NCBI GenBank assembly: GCA_964408945.1
Contig: CAYPBJ010000006.1
Span: 7,643 to 71,642 of the forward strand
Length of the DNA: 64,000 nt
Source of the DNA: an uncultured Rhizobium sp.
GTDB taxonomy: Bacteria; Bacteroidota; Bacteroidia; NS11-12g; UBA955
Direction of reading: 5' to 3'
Made by a program: the position numbers and the translations under genes. The notes below the pieces were generated by a model that had not been told where the DNA came from, searched no databases, and saw only the letters and a program-made list of their open reading frames with translations. This document shows, piece after piece, positions 1 to 8,063 of the stretch. Numbering within the stretch: the stretch's first letter is position 1; every line of letters begins with the position of its first letter.

Positions 1-299
1 CTGATTTGATTGTTGATTTTAGAAATATACCGGAAATGAGATCTTTCGGGGCACCGGTGGTGATGGATATCACGCACAGTTTACAACAACCCAATCAGAG
101 TAGTGGTGTAACTGGGGGCAAGCCAGAATTGATTGAGACTATTGCTAAAGCTGCAGTGGCTGTGGGAGTGGATGGTTTGTTTGTTGAAACGCATCCCAAT
201 CCTTCAAAAGCGAAAAGTGATGGCGCAAACATGCTCCCCCTAAACGAACTACAGCCCCTTTTAGAGAGGCTGCAGCGTATTAGAAAAGCTATTTTATAA
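1..299 (+). CDS. kdsA: 3-deoxy-8-phosphooctulonate synthase (KDO8P synthase), C-terminal part; the 5' end lies outside the window
   Basis: The translation VVMDITHSLQQPN...GGKPELIETIAKAAVAVGVDGLFVETHPNPSKAKSDGANMLPL matches the conserved KdsA C-terminus (compare E. coli DVTHALQ...GLFIEAHPDP..AKCDG). The ORF is open to the window edge. Confidence 0.9.
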   Translation, partial: DLIVDFRNIPEMRSFGAPVVMDITHSLQQPNQSSGVTGGKPELIETIAKAAVAVGVDGLFVETHPNPSKAKSDGANMLPLNELQPLLERLQRIRKAIL

Positions 300-304
300 G
301 TTTT

Positions 305-3097
305 TTATTTGTCTTTGTTGTCTTTTGAATTTGTAGCTGGCTTTTTAGCTGGCTTGGTTGGCTTGGCTGGTTTCACCGGTTGACCTACGCGTTTGATTTT
401 GAACTCACGGGATACTTTCTTAGGAATTAACACCAACTCTTTATCGGTTTCGTAAGAATCTGAGGTGAAGTATTTGGCGATGGTTTTATCGGTGATGCGC
501 GGCGCGTTTGATTTTTCGTCGATTTTGAATTGAACTCCGTTAACAGGGTAATCACCAATTTCCATGTTTTCCACGGTGAACTTGTTGCTTGGCAACTTGA
601 TTTTACCAACTTTGAATTTATCGCCTTCAATGAAGTCTTTCTTGGTCAATAATTTCTTTTTGTACCATTCAGCTGCTAATTCAGGAGTAACTGTGTTCAC
701 TTTACCTTTTTTGTCGATGATGAACATGGTTGGTTCAGATCCGAACATCATGATGGGGATGGTTCTTTCTTCTTTGGGACCAGAAAGCGGCAATTTAACG
801 GCAAAGGTTAAATCTAAAACGGGTTTGGTTGCTACAGCCGCTGCAGATGAATCTTTGGCAGCTACCACTTTTATTGAATCTTTAACTCCAACATTGGTGT
901 TGTTCACGTCAACGTCTTGGTTCACTTTTACGCGTGATTTTTTATCTTCAAACTCAAATCGAACCGTAGTTCTACGATTCTGTTGATGTTGAAATTCATC
1001 ACACGGAACAAAGGGTTTGCCATCAATAGGTACTATCTCTGAAGCTTTGTATGTTTCGTATACTGAACTTATTACGTTTCCTTTTTTATCTTTGGTTATC
1101 ACCATTTTGCGGGTTTTTCCAGCAATGTATGGGGTAAAACCTACTTTCTCTGCTCCTTCGCATTTACAGTCGTTAATCAATTCTTTTTCACCAAATCCTA
1201 CGGCAATGATTCTTGATGAATCAATGTTCCAACGACGCATTAGGTAACGGCGGGCAGAATCTGCTCTTCTTTGAGCAAGGCGAGTATTGTAATCAACTGA
1301 TGCACGACAGTCGGTGTGCGAACCCAATTCGGCGATCAGTCTTGGATAACGAATCATTACTTCTTGTGCGAATGTATCTAAGATACGCGCTGCATCTGGA
1401 CGAATTCTTGAACTGTCTAGGTCATAGAATATAGGGAGAGAAATGATTTGATCCAAAGGATTTACTAAGCAAAAGTCTTGAACCAATTCGGTTGAGAATC
1501 TGATTCCATGAGTTGTTCTTTGAACCGGTGGAATGTCGAAGTAGTAAAGCTGAGGATTTTTAGCTACGATTTCGTAATTGGTTTTGGGTTTCAATTGGGC
1601 CATGTACTCACCGTTTTCATTGGTTTTAAGTACCATGGTGGAAGTATCTTTGTCATTGGTGATGACAACGGTAGCGCCTTTGAGTGGCAATTTGGTATTA
1701 CAATCAGTAACAACACCACGAAGCGTAATTACTAGTGGTAAAACGTCAAATGAATAAATGTTATCATCGTTTCGGCGGTCACCGCGATTGGAAGTAAAGT
1801 AACCGGCTTTAGATGTGTTGTTTAAGAAGGTGATTGCAAAGTCGTCACCACCGGAGTTTAAGGGTTCACGAAGGTTTTCCATGTCTACCCATTTGTTGAT
1901 CTCTTCGGTTTGAGCGGCGGAGAACATATCTAACCCACCCAATCCAGGCCAATAATCTGAACTGAAATAAAGGCGTTTATCGTGTTCGTTGAAATAGGGG
2001 AAATATTCGTTTCCTGGCGAGTTGATTTGTGATCCTAGGTTGACTGGATTGCCCCATGATCTTGATCTTCTGCTGTAGGTAACTGCCCAGATATCAAATC
2101 CCCCGAAACCACCATCGCGGTCTGAAGCAAAGAACAATATTTTATCATCATCACCAAGGGCTGGATGACCATAGCTGTGTGCGGTATCTTGTTTGCAAAT
2201 TTCGAGTACGTCACCCATTTGCCAGTCTGGACCGGTTTTTTTGTATTGGTAAATGGCGCATTTCTCTGATTTTCCATCTTCGCCGCCGCACTGGGTCATG
2301 TACATTTCCGAAAAACGGCGGTTAAAGGTGATACCACCTTCATTATATTTGGTTGAAGCCGTTTTTGAGAACATGGCTTTTCCCCACTTCATTTGACCTG
2401 CTGATGCAGCTGTATCTCCGCGTTTTTTCTTGGTTTTTTGTCCTTCAATGTACCATATGTCGGACCATTTTTCTAAAGTTCCGCCGTAGACTCTTTTGGA
2501 TGTTCCCCCTTCGCGGTCAGATGCAAAAAATACAACGTCGTCCTTACGAGAAGCGACCATGGGTGCCCAATCGTTGGCACGTGTGTTTGCTAATTTGAAT
2601 TCTTGAACTCGGAACAAGGAACTGTCGGGAGTCCAGCTTAAGGCCATTTCGCAGCCCATCATTTTTTGAATGGCTTGGCTGTCTCCTGGCACCTTTTCTA
2701 GGTAAGACTCGTAGGCAGAAAGCGCACCGCGATAATCTTCCATTTTCTTGAGCATATTCGCTCTCATTAAAAGGGCTTGACTGTTGTTTGGATCTGTTTT
2801 CAGAACCTTTTCGTACAATTTTTGTGCCTTCAAATATTTGTTGTTCAAGCGGTATGCTTCAGCGGCCATCATATTGGCTTTTTCGCGTTCTTTCTTGTCT
2901 TTGGCGTTTCTTGCTACCTGTTCGAAAACAATAGCAGATTGACCGAAGTACCCTTGATCAAACAATTTTTGAGCGTCACCAAATTTTGGTGAACAGCCTG
3001 TATTTAAAGTAGTTACCAGGAAAATAAACCCTGCAATTACCAATAAATTTTTTCCTCTACTGAGAAGTTTTTGAATATCGGGGAAATGCATCTTCAC
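305..3097 (-). CDS. OmpA-family outer-membrane lipoprotein with TPR, TolB-like beta-propeller (PD40), CarboxypepD_reg-like and OmpA domains, plus a ~210-aa C-terminal extension
   Basis: Lipobox LNTGC. TPR-like helices cover aa 40-150. PD40-type motifs are present (VFFASDREGG, LFFASDRDGGFGGFDIW, LYFSSD, GYFTSNRG). OmpA motifs are present (LGSHTDCRAS..YN..LAQRRADSARRYL, NRRTTVRFEF). The tail is Lys/Pro-rich (KPAKPTKPAKKP). Confidence 0.85.
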   Translation of the reverse strand: MKMHFPDIQKLLSRGKNLLVIAGFIFLVTTLNTGCSPKFGDAQKLFDQGYFGQSAIVFEQVARNAKDKKEREKANMMAAEAYRLNNKYLKAQKLYEKVLKTDPNNSQALLMRANMLKKMEDYRGALSAYESYLEKVPGDSQAIQKMMGCEMALSWTPDSSLFRVQEFKLANTRANDWAPMVASRKDDVVFFASDREGGTSKRVYGGTLEKWSDIWYIEGQKTKKKRGDTAASAGQMKWGKAMFSKTASTKYNEGGITFNRRFSEMYMTQCGGEDGKSEKCAIYQYKKTGPDWQMGDVLEICKQDTAHSYGHPALGDDDKILFFASDRDGGFGGFDIWAVTYSRRSRSWGNPVNLGSQINSPGNEYFPYFNEHDKRLYFSSDYWPGLGGLDMFSAAQTEEINKWVDMENLREPLNSGGDDFAITFLNNTSKAGYFTSNRGDRRNDDNIYSFDVLPLVITLRGVVTDCNTKLPLKGATVVITNDKDTSTMVLKTNENGEYMAQLKPKTNYEIVAKNPQLYYFDIPPVQRTTHGIRFSTELVQDFCLVNPLDQIISLPIFYDLDSSRIRPDAARILDTFAQEVMIRYPRLIAELGSHTDCRASVDYNTRLAQRRADSARRYLMRRWNIDSSRIIAVGFGEKELINDCKCEGAEKVGFTPYIAGKTRKMVITKDKKGNVISSVYETYKASEIVPIDGKPFVPCDEFQHQQNRRTTVRFEFEDKKSRVKVNQDVDVNNTNVGVKDSIKVVAAKDSSAAAVATKPVLDLTFAVKLPLSGPKEERTIPIMMFGSEPTMFIIDKKGKVNTVTPELAAEWYKKKLLTKKDFIEGDKFKVGKIKLPSNKFTVENMEIGDYPVNGVQFKIDEKSNAPRITDKTIAKYFTSDSYETDKELVLIPKKVSREFKIKRVGQPVKPAKPTKPAKKPATNSKDNKDK

Positions 3098-3191
3098 AAT
3101 TAAGCCTAATTAAAACGCTAATTAATGAATTCTTTGTCATACTTCAAAGTTTTCACCCCATTTTATTTAGGTTAAATGAATTAAATTCCCA

Positions 3192-3539
3192 TTAATGATG
3201 TACTCTCAAACGCTTTGTATGTTCGAAATCTTTGCCTTTAATTCTAACCAAATACACTCCATCCGGAATTTGAGTTAAATTAAGAACTATTTTATTTTCA
3301 GCGGCACTTATTTGAGTTCTCAGCGGTTGAATTTTGGTTCCAATTACGGTGTACATTTCTACTTCCAAATCTTCGATGTCGACCACCACATTTTCTAGGG
3401 AAATATTGACCCAATGATTGGCGGGGTTAGGTTTCATATCGAAGTTAAATGAAACCGTTTCGCGTTGAAAGTTAACATTTTGAGATTGAGCCTTTTGCAG
3501 GCTGAACATCATCAACAGTAAAAAGTAAATTGGTTTCAT
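3192..3539 (-). CDS. Small secreted protein consisting of a signal peptide plus a T9SS type-A C-terminal sorting domain
   Basis: Signal peptide MKPIYFLLLMMFSLQKAQSQ. The remainder (KPNPANHWVNISL...MYTVIGTKI...LNLTQIPDGVYLVRIKG...KRLRV) fits the Por-secretion-tail pattern (PNPa..., GvYlv.i). Confidence 0.7.
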   Translation of the reverse strand: MKPIYFLLLMMFSLQKAQSQNVNFQRETVSFNFDMKPNPANHWVNISLENVVVDIEDLEVEMYTVIGTKIQPLRTQISAAENKIVLNLTQIPDGVYLVRIKGKDFEHTKRLRVHH

Positions 3540-3573
3540 GATTCCTGTAACGCAAAAACTGGGCCAAAGATTG

Positions 3574-6018
3574 TTAACTTCCTATGATTAATCCCAATAA
3601 CTGCTTTTTTTGAACATCATTGCATTTGTAGTCTTTTAAGAATTCTTGAAGTTCGCGGCGTTTTTGGGTTTGTTTAGCGTAGTATTTAATCAGTGATTGG
3701 GCAGGTCCGTTGAGACGACTGTTGAAATTGATGCTTCCTTCAAAAAGGGCAAAAGCAAAGTCTTTATTGAGGTAATTCATGCGCTGCAGCGCGTTCATGG
3801 CATTGATTCGCGTTCTAAATTCATACATCGGGCCGCTAATATTGACCAATGCTTTGGTCATGCCTGGAGCCATTTCAGGGTAAATTTCGGTTCCTAGCTC
3901 AAAGTATCTAACTTTGATGTCGTGACAGAAGCCGTCTGTTTTTTTTATGGCATCTAAAATGAAGTTCTTTCGGTTGGCATACAATGGGTGCTCCCAAATG
4001 CGATCAATGACGGTATTGATGATGACGTAGCTAGAGTCAAACAAAAGTGCTTCTACGAAGGGTTGAGTGGCAGAAACCAAGGGTGTTTTTTGAGCAAAGA
4101 TGAGGCGGACTTCTGCTTGCTTATCGCGTGAAATTAGGGTGATGGTTTGTGCGTCGATTCCAGGGTTATCCATCATTTGAGAAGCTATTTCAGCTCTTAG
4201 GTTCGGGAAGATTTCTTTTGAAAATGCCGTTTTTAGGGCTTCCCACTTAACAGACATAGGAACTGTCCGGAGTTCCAACCAAGCGTCGTAGCGGTCAAGC
4301 ATGAACGTTGCAGTTTGTGCTTGGCTGAGGAGTTCTTCTGTGGTTTTATTGAATTTGAGTTCTTTTAATAGGAAACTCCCTTCATCAAAAAGACAATAAG
4401 AAACGGTTTTACCGTTTGTAGCAAAATCAAAGGTATTTGATGCGCCAGATACCTCAACGGTTTTGCGATCTACTGAGCCGTCAGTGTAATAAATGGCCAG
4501 ATCAACGGGAGTGCTGAAGAATGAAACTACGGCATCAATTGTCTGAATTTGTTTGATTATAAAGGTTGTTTGAGTAGCTGATTTTCTAACTTGCACATCA
4601 AAAATGGGCTCTCCACCGCGGTGAATCCACTGATCGAAAAACGCATCTACATTGATTCCTGTGGCATCAATGAAGGCTTTTTGTAGGTCCCAAGTTTCAA
4701 CGCCTTCAAATTGGTGGCGTTTTAAGTAGAGTTGTATGGCGCGTCGGAAATTATCTCTACCTACTTGGTGTTGTAACATGTGTAAAACCGATGCTCCCTT
4801 TGGGTAATGTCGTGAAGATCCGCTTTGACTATGTCTAACGGGGAGTGAGTTGGCTTTGCCGGCTTGAATAGCGCCCAGCTGGTTGTTTCGGAAGTACCAG
4901 TACATGTGATCTTCTGAGAATTGATGTCCCTCGAAAAGGCCGGGATAATAAGTCGCAAAGCTTTCTTGGAGCCATTGTTCGTTGTCTTTACGTCCGGTGA
5001 TGAGATCGCCAAACCATTGGTGGGTGGCCTCATGGGCATTGACGCTAACGTAGTTTCGGTTGAGCAAGTAGGCGCGGTTATCAACCCAAAAGAAGTCGCC
5101 AAAAATGGTAGCTGAAGTGTTTTCCATGGCGCCGTAGAGAAAATCTTGCACCATTACCTGTGAATAGGTTCCCCATGGGTAGGGTACGCCAATTTCATCT
5201 GCCAGAAAATCAATGATTTCCTCTGAATATCTGCTGGTGGGTTCTACGCGTTCGGGGTGCTCGGGATAGTACCAGAATTGCATGGGTACACCCTTTTTGG
5301 AAACCGATTTTTTAACCGCATATTTATCAATGGCCAGCATCAATAAGTACCCTGCGTGGGGTTTGTTGAGTGAATAGTGCCAAGTTTTGGTATTGTCTTT
5401 GTTTTGAGTGGTTTTGAGGAGCTGCCCGTTACTCAAAACTTGATAATCTTGATCAAAGGTGATGATGGTTTCGGTGGTGAATTTATCGCTTCGGTCATCA
5501 ATCATGGGTATCCAATTTCGGTTGTCTATGCCTTGACCTTGCGTCCAAATTTGTCTTCTAGACATGTCGGAGGGTTCGGTGATTTCGGGAAGGTCCCACC
5601 CAATGAAATAGAGTCCTTTTTTAGGGAAGGCGTTGTAGGTAATTTCGAGTTGGTGCTTCTTTTGGAAATCGTTTTTCAGTGCTGAGTTGATGGTGAGTCC
5701 GCCGGGGGAAGCTTTGAATGTTATGGCCTTTCCATCGAGTTTAGCATCAAGAATGATGATTCCAGGGGCATGGAGGAAGATGGTATCGACATTATTTTGC
5801 AAAGAAATAAACTGGTGGGTAACGGTACCCATGACTTTTTTTTGTTTGGTTTCGAAGGAAGCTTGGAGCTTCATGTGGGTGACATCGATGTTTCGATTTC
5901 TTTCGGTATTTCCTTGTGGATCAGCGTGGTATGAATGCACTGGGGGAAACTGTGCAAGGAGTGCGGAGGAGCAGGAGGCGAGGAGGATAGCGATAATTTT
6001 GGCCGTAGAATTTTTCAT
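3574..6018 (-). CDS. M1-family zinc aminopeptidase, probably a lipoprotein
   Basis: GAMEN exopeptidase motif (LYGAMENTS) and HEXXH-X18-E zinc site (HEATHQWFGD...WLQESFATY). N-terminal signal with LLASC. Confidence 0.9.
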   Translation of the reverse strand: MKNSTAKIIAILLASCSSALLAQFPPVHSYHADPQGNTERNRNIDVTHMKLQASFETKQKKVMGTVTHQFISLQNNVDTIFLHAPGIIILDAKLDGKAITFKASPGGLTINSALKNDFQKKHQLEITYNAFPKKGLYFIGWDLPEITEPSDMSRRQIWTQGQGIDNRNWIPMIDDRSDKFTTETIITFDQDYQVLSNGQLLKTTQNKDNTKTWHYSLNKPHAGYLLMLAIDKYAVKKSVSKKGVPMQFWYYPEHPERVEPTSRYSEEIIDFLADEIGVPYPWGTYSQVMVQDFLYGAMENTSATIFGDFFWVDNRAYLLNRNYVSVNAHEATHQWFGDLITGRKDNEQWLQESFATYYPGLFEGHQFSEDHMYWYFRNNQLGAIQAGKANSLPVRHSQSGSSRHYPKGASVLHMLQHQVGRDNFRRAIQLYLKRHQFEGVETWDLQKAFIDATGINVDAFFDQWIHRGGEPIFDVQVRKSATQTTFIIKQIQTIDAVVSFFSTPVDLAIYYTDGSVDRKTVEVSGASNTFDFATNGKTVSYCLFDEGSFLLKELKFNKTTEELLSQAQTATFMLDRYDAWLELRTVPMSVKWEALKTAFSKEIFPNLRAEIASQMMDNPGIDAQTITLISRDKQAEVRLIFAQKTPLVSATQPFVEALLFDSSYVIINTVIDRIWEHPLYANRKNFILDAIKKTDGFCHDIKVRYFELGTEIYPEMAPGMTKALVNISGPMYEFRTRINAMNALQRMNYLNKDFAFALFEGSINFNSRLNGPAQSLIKYYAKQTQKRRELQEFLKDYKCNDVQKKQLLGLIIGS

Positions 6019-6063
6019 GGGATGATGCGAAAATAGGTTAGGATAAATTTTTTTTCAAAAAAG

Positions 6064-6094
6064 TTGTGAAAATTGCAAAAGAAAATTATTTTTG
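6064..6094 (+). promoter_or_regulatory. Candidate Bacteroidota sigma-A promoter for tRNA-Asp (-33 TTG / -7 TAnnTTTG)
   Basis: TTG at 6064-6066, then a 20-nt spacer, then TATTTTTG at 6087-6094. The site ends ~24 nt upstream of the tRNA 5' end. Confidence 0.4.
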
Positions 6095-6117
6095 CACCCC
6101 GTTCACACGAACAAAAA

Positions 6118-6194
6118 GGTCTGGTAGTTCAGCTGGTTAGAATACATGCCTGTCACGCATGGGGTCGCGGGTTCGAGTCCCGTCCAGACCGCCA
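6118..6194 (+). tRNA. tRNA-Asp (anticodon GTC) with encoded CCA
   Basis: A cloverleaf can be drawn by hand. Acceptor stem is GGTCTGG/CCAGACC. Anticodon stem CATGC/GCATG encloses loop CTGTCAC. T-loop is GGTTCGAGTCC. The 3' end is GCCA. Confidence 0.95.
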
Positions 6195-6200
6195 GCAAAG

Positions 6201-6229
6201 AAGCCTCTGAGAAATCAGGGGCTTTTTTA
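6201..6229 (+). terminator. Intrinsic terminator after tRNA-Asp
   Basis: AAGCCTCTGA-gaaa-TCAGGGGCTT forms a 10-bp stem with one G-U pair, followed by TTTTTT. Confidence 0.75.
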
Positions 6230-6343
6230 TTGTTTATGGTGGCGAAGGGACTAACATTTTTCCACTACATCATAAAATCTTGGGGAACCTAGGAAATCAG
6301 ACACTCTGGATCCGGTGTTTAATTTTAATGATCCAGACCGTAC

Positions 6344-7603
6344 TCATTTCACAGAACTTATGTTTTTGTACATTTCCACTTCCTTATCTCCAGGATAAAG
6401 GCCGGGGAATATCATAGGAGAATATTTTACTGGATAGTTGACATAGTACATCATCGTAATGCCTTCTTTTTTGGGTGAAAGTAATTCCATCTTAGTTAGT
6501 TTGTCAATGGTTAATTTTAGCGTTTTATCTGAGGTATTCGTGATGCGCATAGCATCAGCCTTGCTGATTTTTCCCTTCAGAAATAAATCACTCAGTATGA
6601 ATTTAGCTTCCTGACGCAATTCGCCTTTATTGACCATTAAGTTTGTGAATCCTTCAATATGAGAAAGTATGTTGTTTGTATCGATGATCTTATACATGAA
6701 GTCTGTTTGATCGATCGCAACTTCGAGAAAGAATTTACAAAATTGAATCAGTTTCTTATTCGATAAGTTTCCTCTTCCATCGTAATCATTGTATCTAGTT
6801 AAATCTGCTTGAGCAAGAAAAAATTTATAGTCTTCATTTCTTCTTGCTAGCCCTCTTGAGATTGACCATAACCCAGCAGCATCAAGGTTTTCACTTATGA
6901 AGGATGCATCTGAGTAGAGGCGAACAACTCTACCGTTACCGTCAAGAAACGGGTGTATCCATGCGAGTCTATGATGGGAAGCGGCAATAGATATGATTCG
7001 TCTTGTTTTAGATTTGTTCATGTGGCTTTTGGGATTATAGAACTCTTCAAACCTTTTTGTAAAAAGTTCCAGTTTCTCAGAATAAGGAGCCACATGCCTA
7101 CCTACTTCAACTTCACAGTCTCGGAATTCACCCGGAACAACAATTTTAGAATCTCCATTTTTTAACTTGACTTCTTTGAAACTATCTGGGAGGTAGTTAT
7201 AAAACCTTTTATGAATTGATTTTAAGTAGTTTATAGATGACGGGATAATTTCATTCTCGCCGATTTTTATTTCTTCCACAATGCTTTTGTGGAGCTTGAT
7301 ATGGGCGTAAGCTTCTCTTTGTAAGTCGTGTTTAGTCTTATCGTTTGAATAATCATTTTTCAAAGCACGGTCAATATCAATAGGATGGGTATCGTGACCT
7401 TCAATTAAATTTGAATAGTAACTATTCATGGGTCGAAGAAACTCAGCAATAGCATTTCTTGTGGCGCTATTCATGGCACCAGACAATATGCCAGCTTTGC
7501 TTACTAACGTAATGGCAAGTTCTTCCAACTCACCTGATGGATCTTCAGGAAACAGTGGCTCCATTGTGTTAGGAGTCATATACAAATTTATCGTTTCATC
7601 CAT
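6344..7603 (-). CDS. Fic/DOC-family protein (probable AMPylase) with an intramolecular inhibitory helix and a C-terminal winged-helix-like region
   Basis: Canonical Fic motif HPFLDGNGRVVR. An N-terminal (S/T)xxxE(G/N) inhibitory motif is present as SNLIEG in YYSNLIEGHDT. Confidence 0.9.
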   Translation of the reverse strand: MDETINLYMTPNTMEPLFPEDPSGELEELAITLVSKAGILSGAMNSATRNAIAEFLRPMNSYYSNLIEGHDTHPIDIDRALKNDYSNDKTKHDLQREAYAHIKLHKSIVEEIKIGENEIIPSSINYLKSIHKRFYNYLPDSFKEVKLKNGDSKIVVPGEFRDCEVEVGRHVAPYSEKLELFTKRFEEFYNPKSHMNKSKTRRIISIAASHHRLAWIHPFLDGNGRVVRLYSDASFISENLDAAGLWSISRGLARRNEDYKFFLAQADLTRYNDYDGRGNLSNKKLIQFCKFFLEVAIDQTDFMYKIIDTNNILSHIEGFTNLMVNKGELRQEAKFILSDLFLKGKISKADAMRITNTSDKTLKLTIDKLTKMELLSPKKEGITMMYYVNYPVKYSPMIFPGLYPGDKEVEMYKNISSVK

Positions 7604-7631
7604 TGCCTCACGAAACTACAAAAATAAGTCG

Positions 7632-7780
7632 ATATTCCGATGATTATTCCGGTCATTATTCCGAAAGTTAAATTTGTTGTAAATAGTTTAATTATAAGTG
7701 TTTTATATGTAATTAATCCTCATTTATTCCGATGGTTATTCCGGTGAAAATTCCGGTGATTATTTCAACGATTATTGCTT
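7632..7780. repeat. Two arrays of a 12-bp phased repeat, consensus nnTTATTCCGrTG, upstream of fic
   Basis: ATTCCG occurs at 7634, 7646 and 7658 (array 1), and at 7726, 7738 and 7750 (array 2). Degenerate units ATTTCA at 7762 and ATTGCT at 7774 continue array 2. Spacing is exactly 12 bp within each array. Confidence 0.85.
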
Positions 7781-7940
7781 GTTAAATGAGTCACCTTGAT
7801 TCCTCCAAGACAAAAATACATCCTGAGAGCTATTTAGTTTTCGTCGCTTCCATAAATGACGTTTGGAGTAGAGGAGTTAGTGGGTTTGAGCTATACCAGA
7901 TTACAGTTTGTGTGATTTTACGATTCGTTTGCCGAGTTTA

Positions 7941-7981
7941 TTTTGGACAAATCTGCAACGACATTGCAGATTTGTCCAAAA
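7941..7981. repeat. Perfect inverted repeat with 18-bp arms and a 5-nt loop
   Basis: TTTTGGACAAATCTGCAA-cgaca-TTGCAGATTTGTCCAAAA. Neither strand has a U-tract after the stem beyond the stem's own A/T ends. Confidence 0.9.
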
Positions 7982-8063
7982 AACGTTGAGTTTAGGTCTC
8001 AGAATTTTTGGAGGTTTTGATGGCTTTCGTTATCAAGTTGATTTTTTTAGTATATTTGATTTC

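Noticed and set aside
6305-6339. A 9-nt match (TCCAGACCG, 6332-6340) to the tRNA-Asp 3' end only 140 nt downstream of the tRNA; a possible att direct repeat.
   Set aside because: Nine nt is within chance expectation for a 64-kb window. It forms the right arm of a local hairpin (TCTGGATC 6305-6312 / GATCCAGA 6330-6337) just past the fic stop, which is more simply a 3'-end structure. It would also enclose no gene.
7640-7785. Two short overlapping + strand ORFs (36 aa and 17 aa) with similar M(I/V)IPV(I/K)IP openings encoded by the 12-bp repeats.
   Set aside because: Not fully excluded. The similarity is an automatic consequence of translating a 12-bp repeat, the ORFs overlap in different frames, and no promoter or other coding signal is visible. 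They are kept only as an alternative within the repeat finding.
7786-8063. Tracked ORFs 7786..7989 (67 aa) and the 5' extension of 7908..8504.
   Set aside because: They run through the 18-bp-arm palindrome and the tRNA-like remnant, and have no signal or motif. The downstream ATG at 8064 gives a clean signal peptide, so the upstream parts are most likely non-coding.
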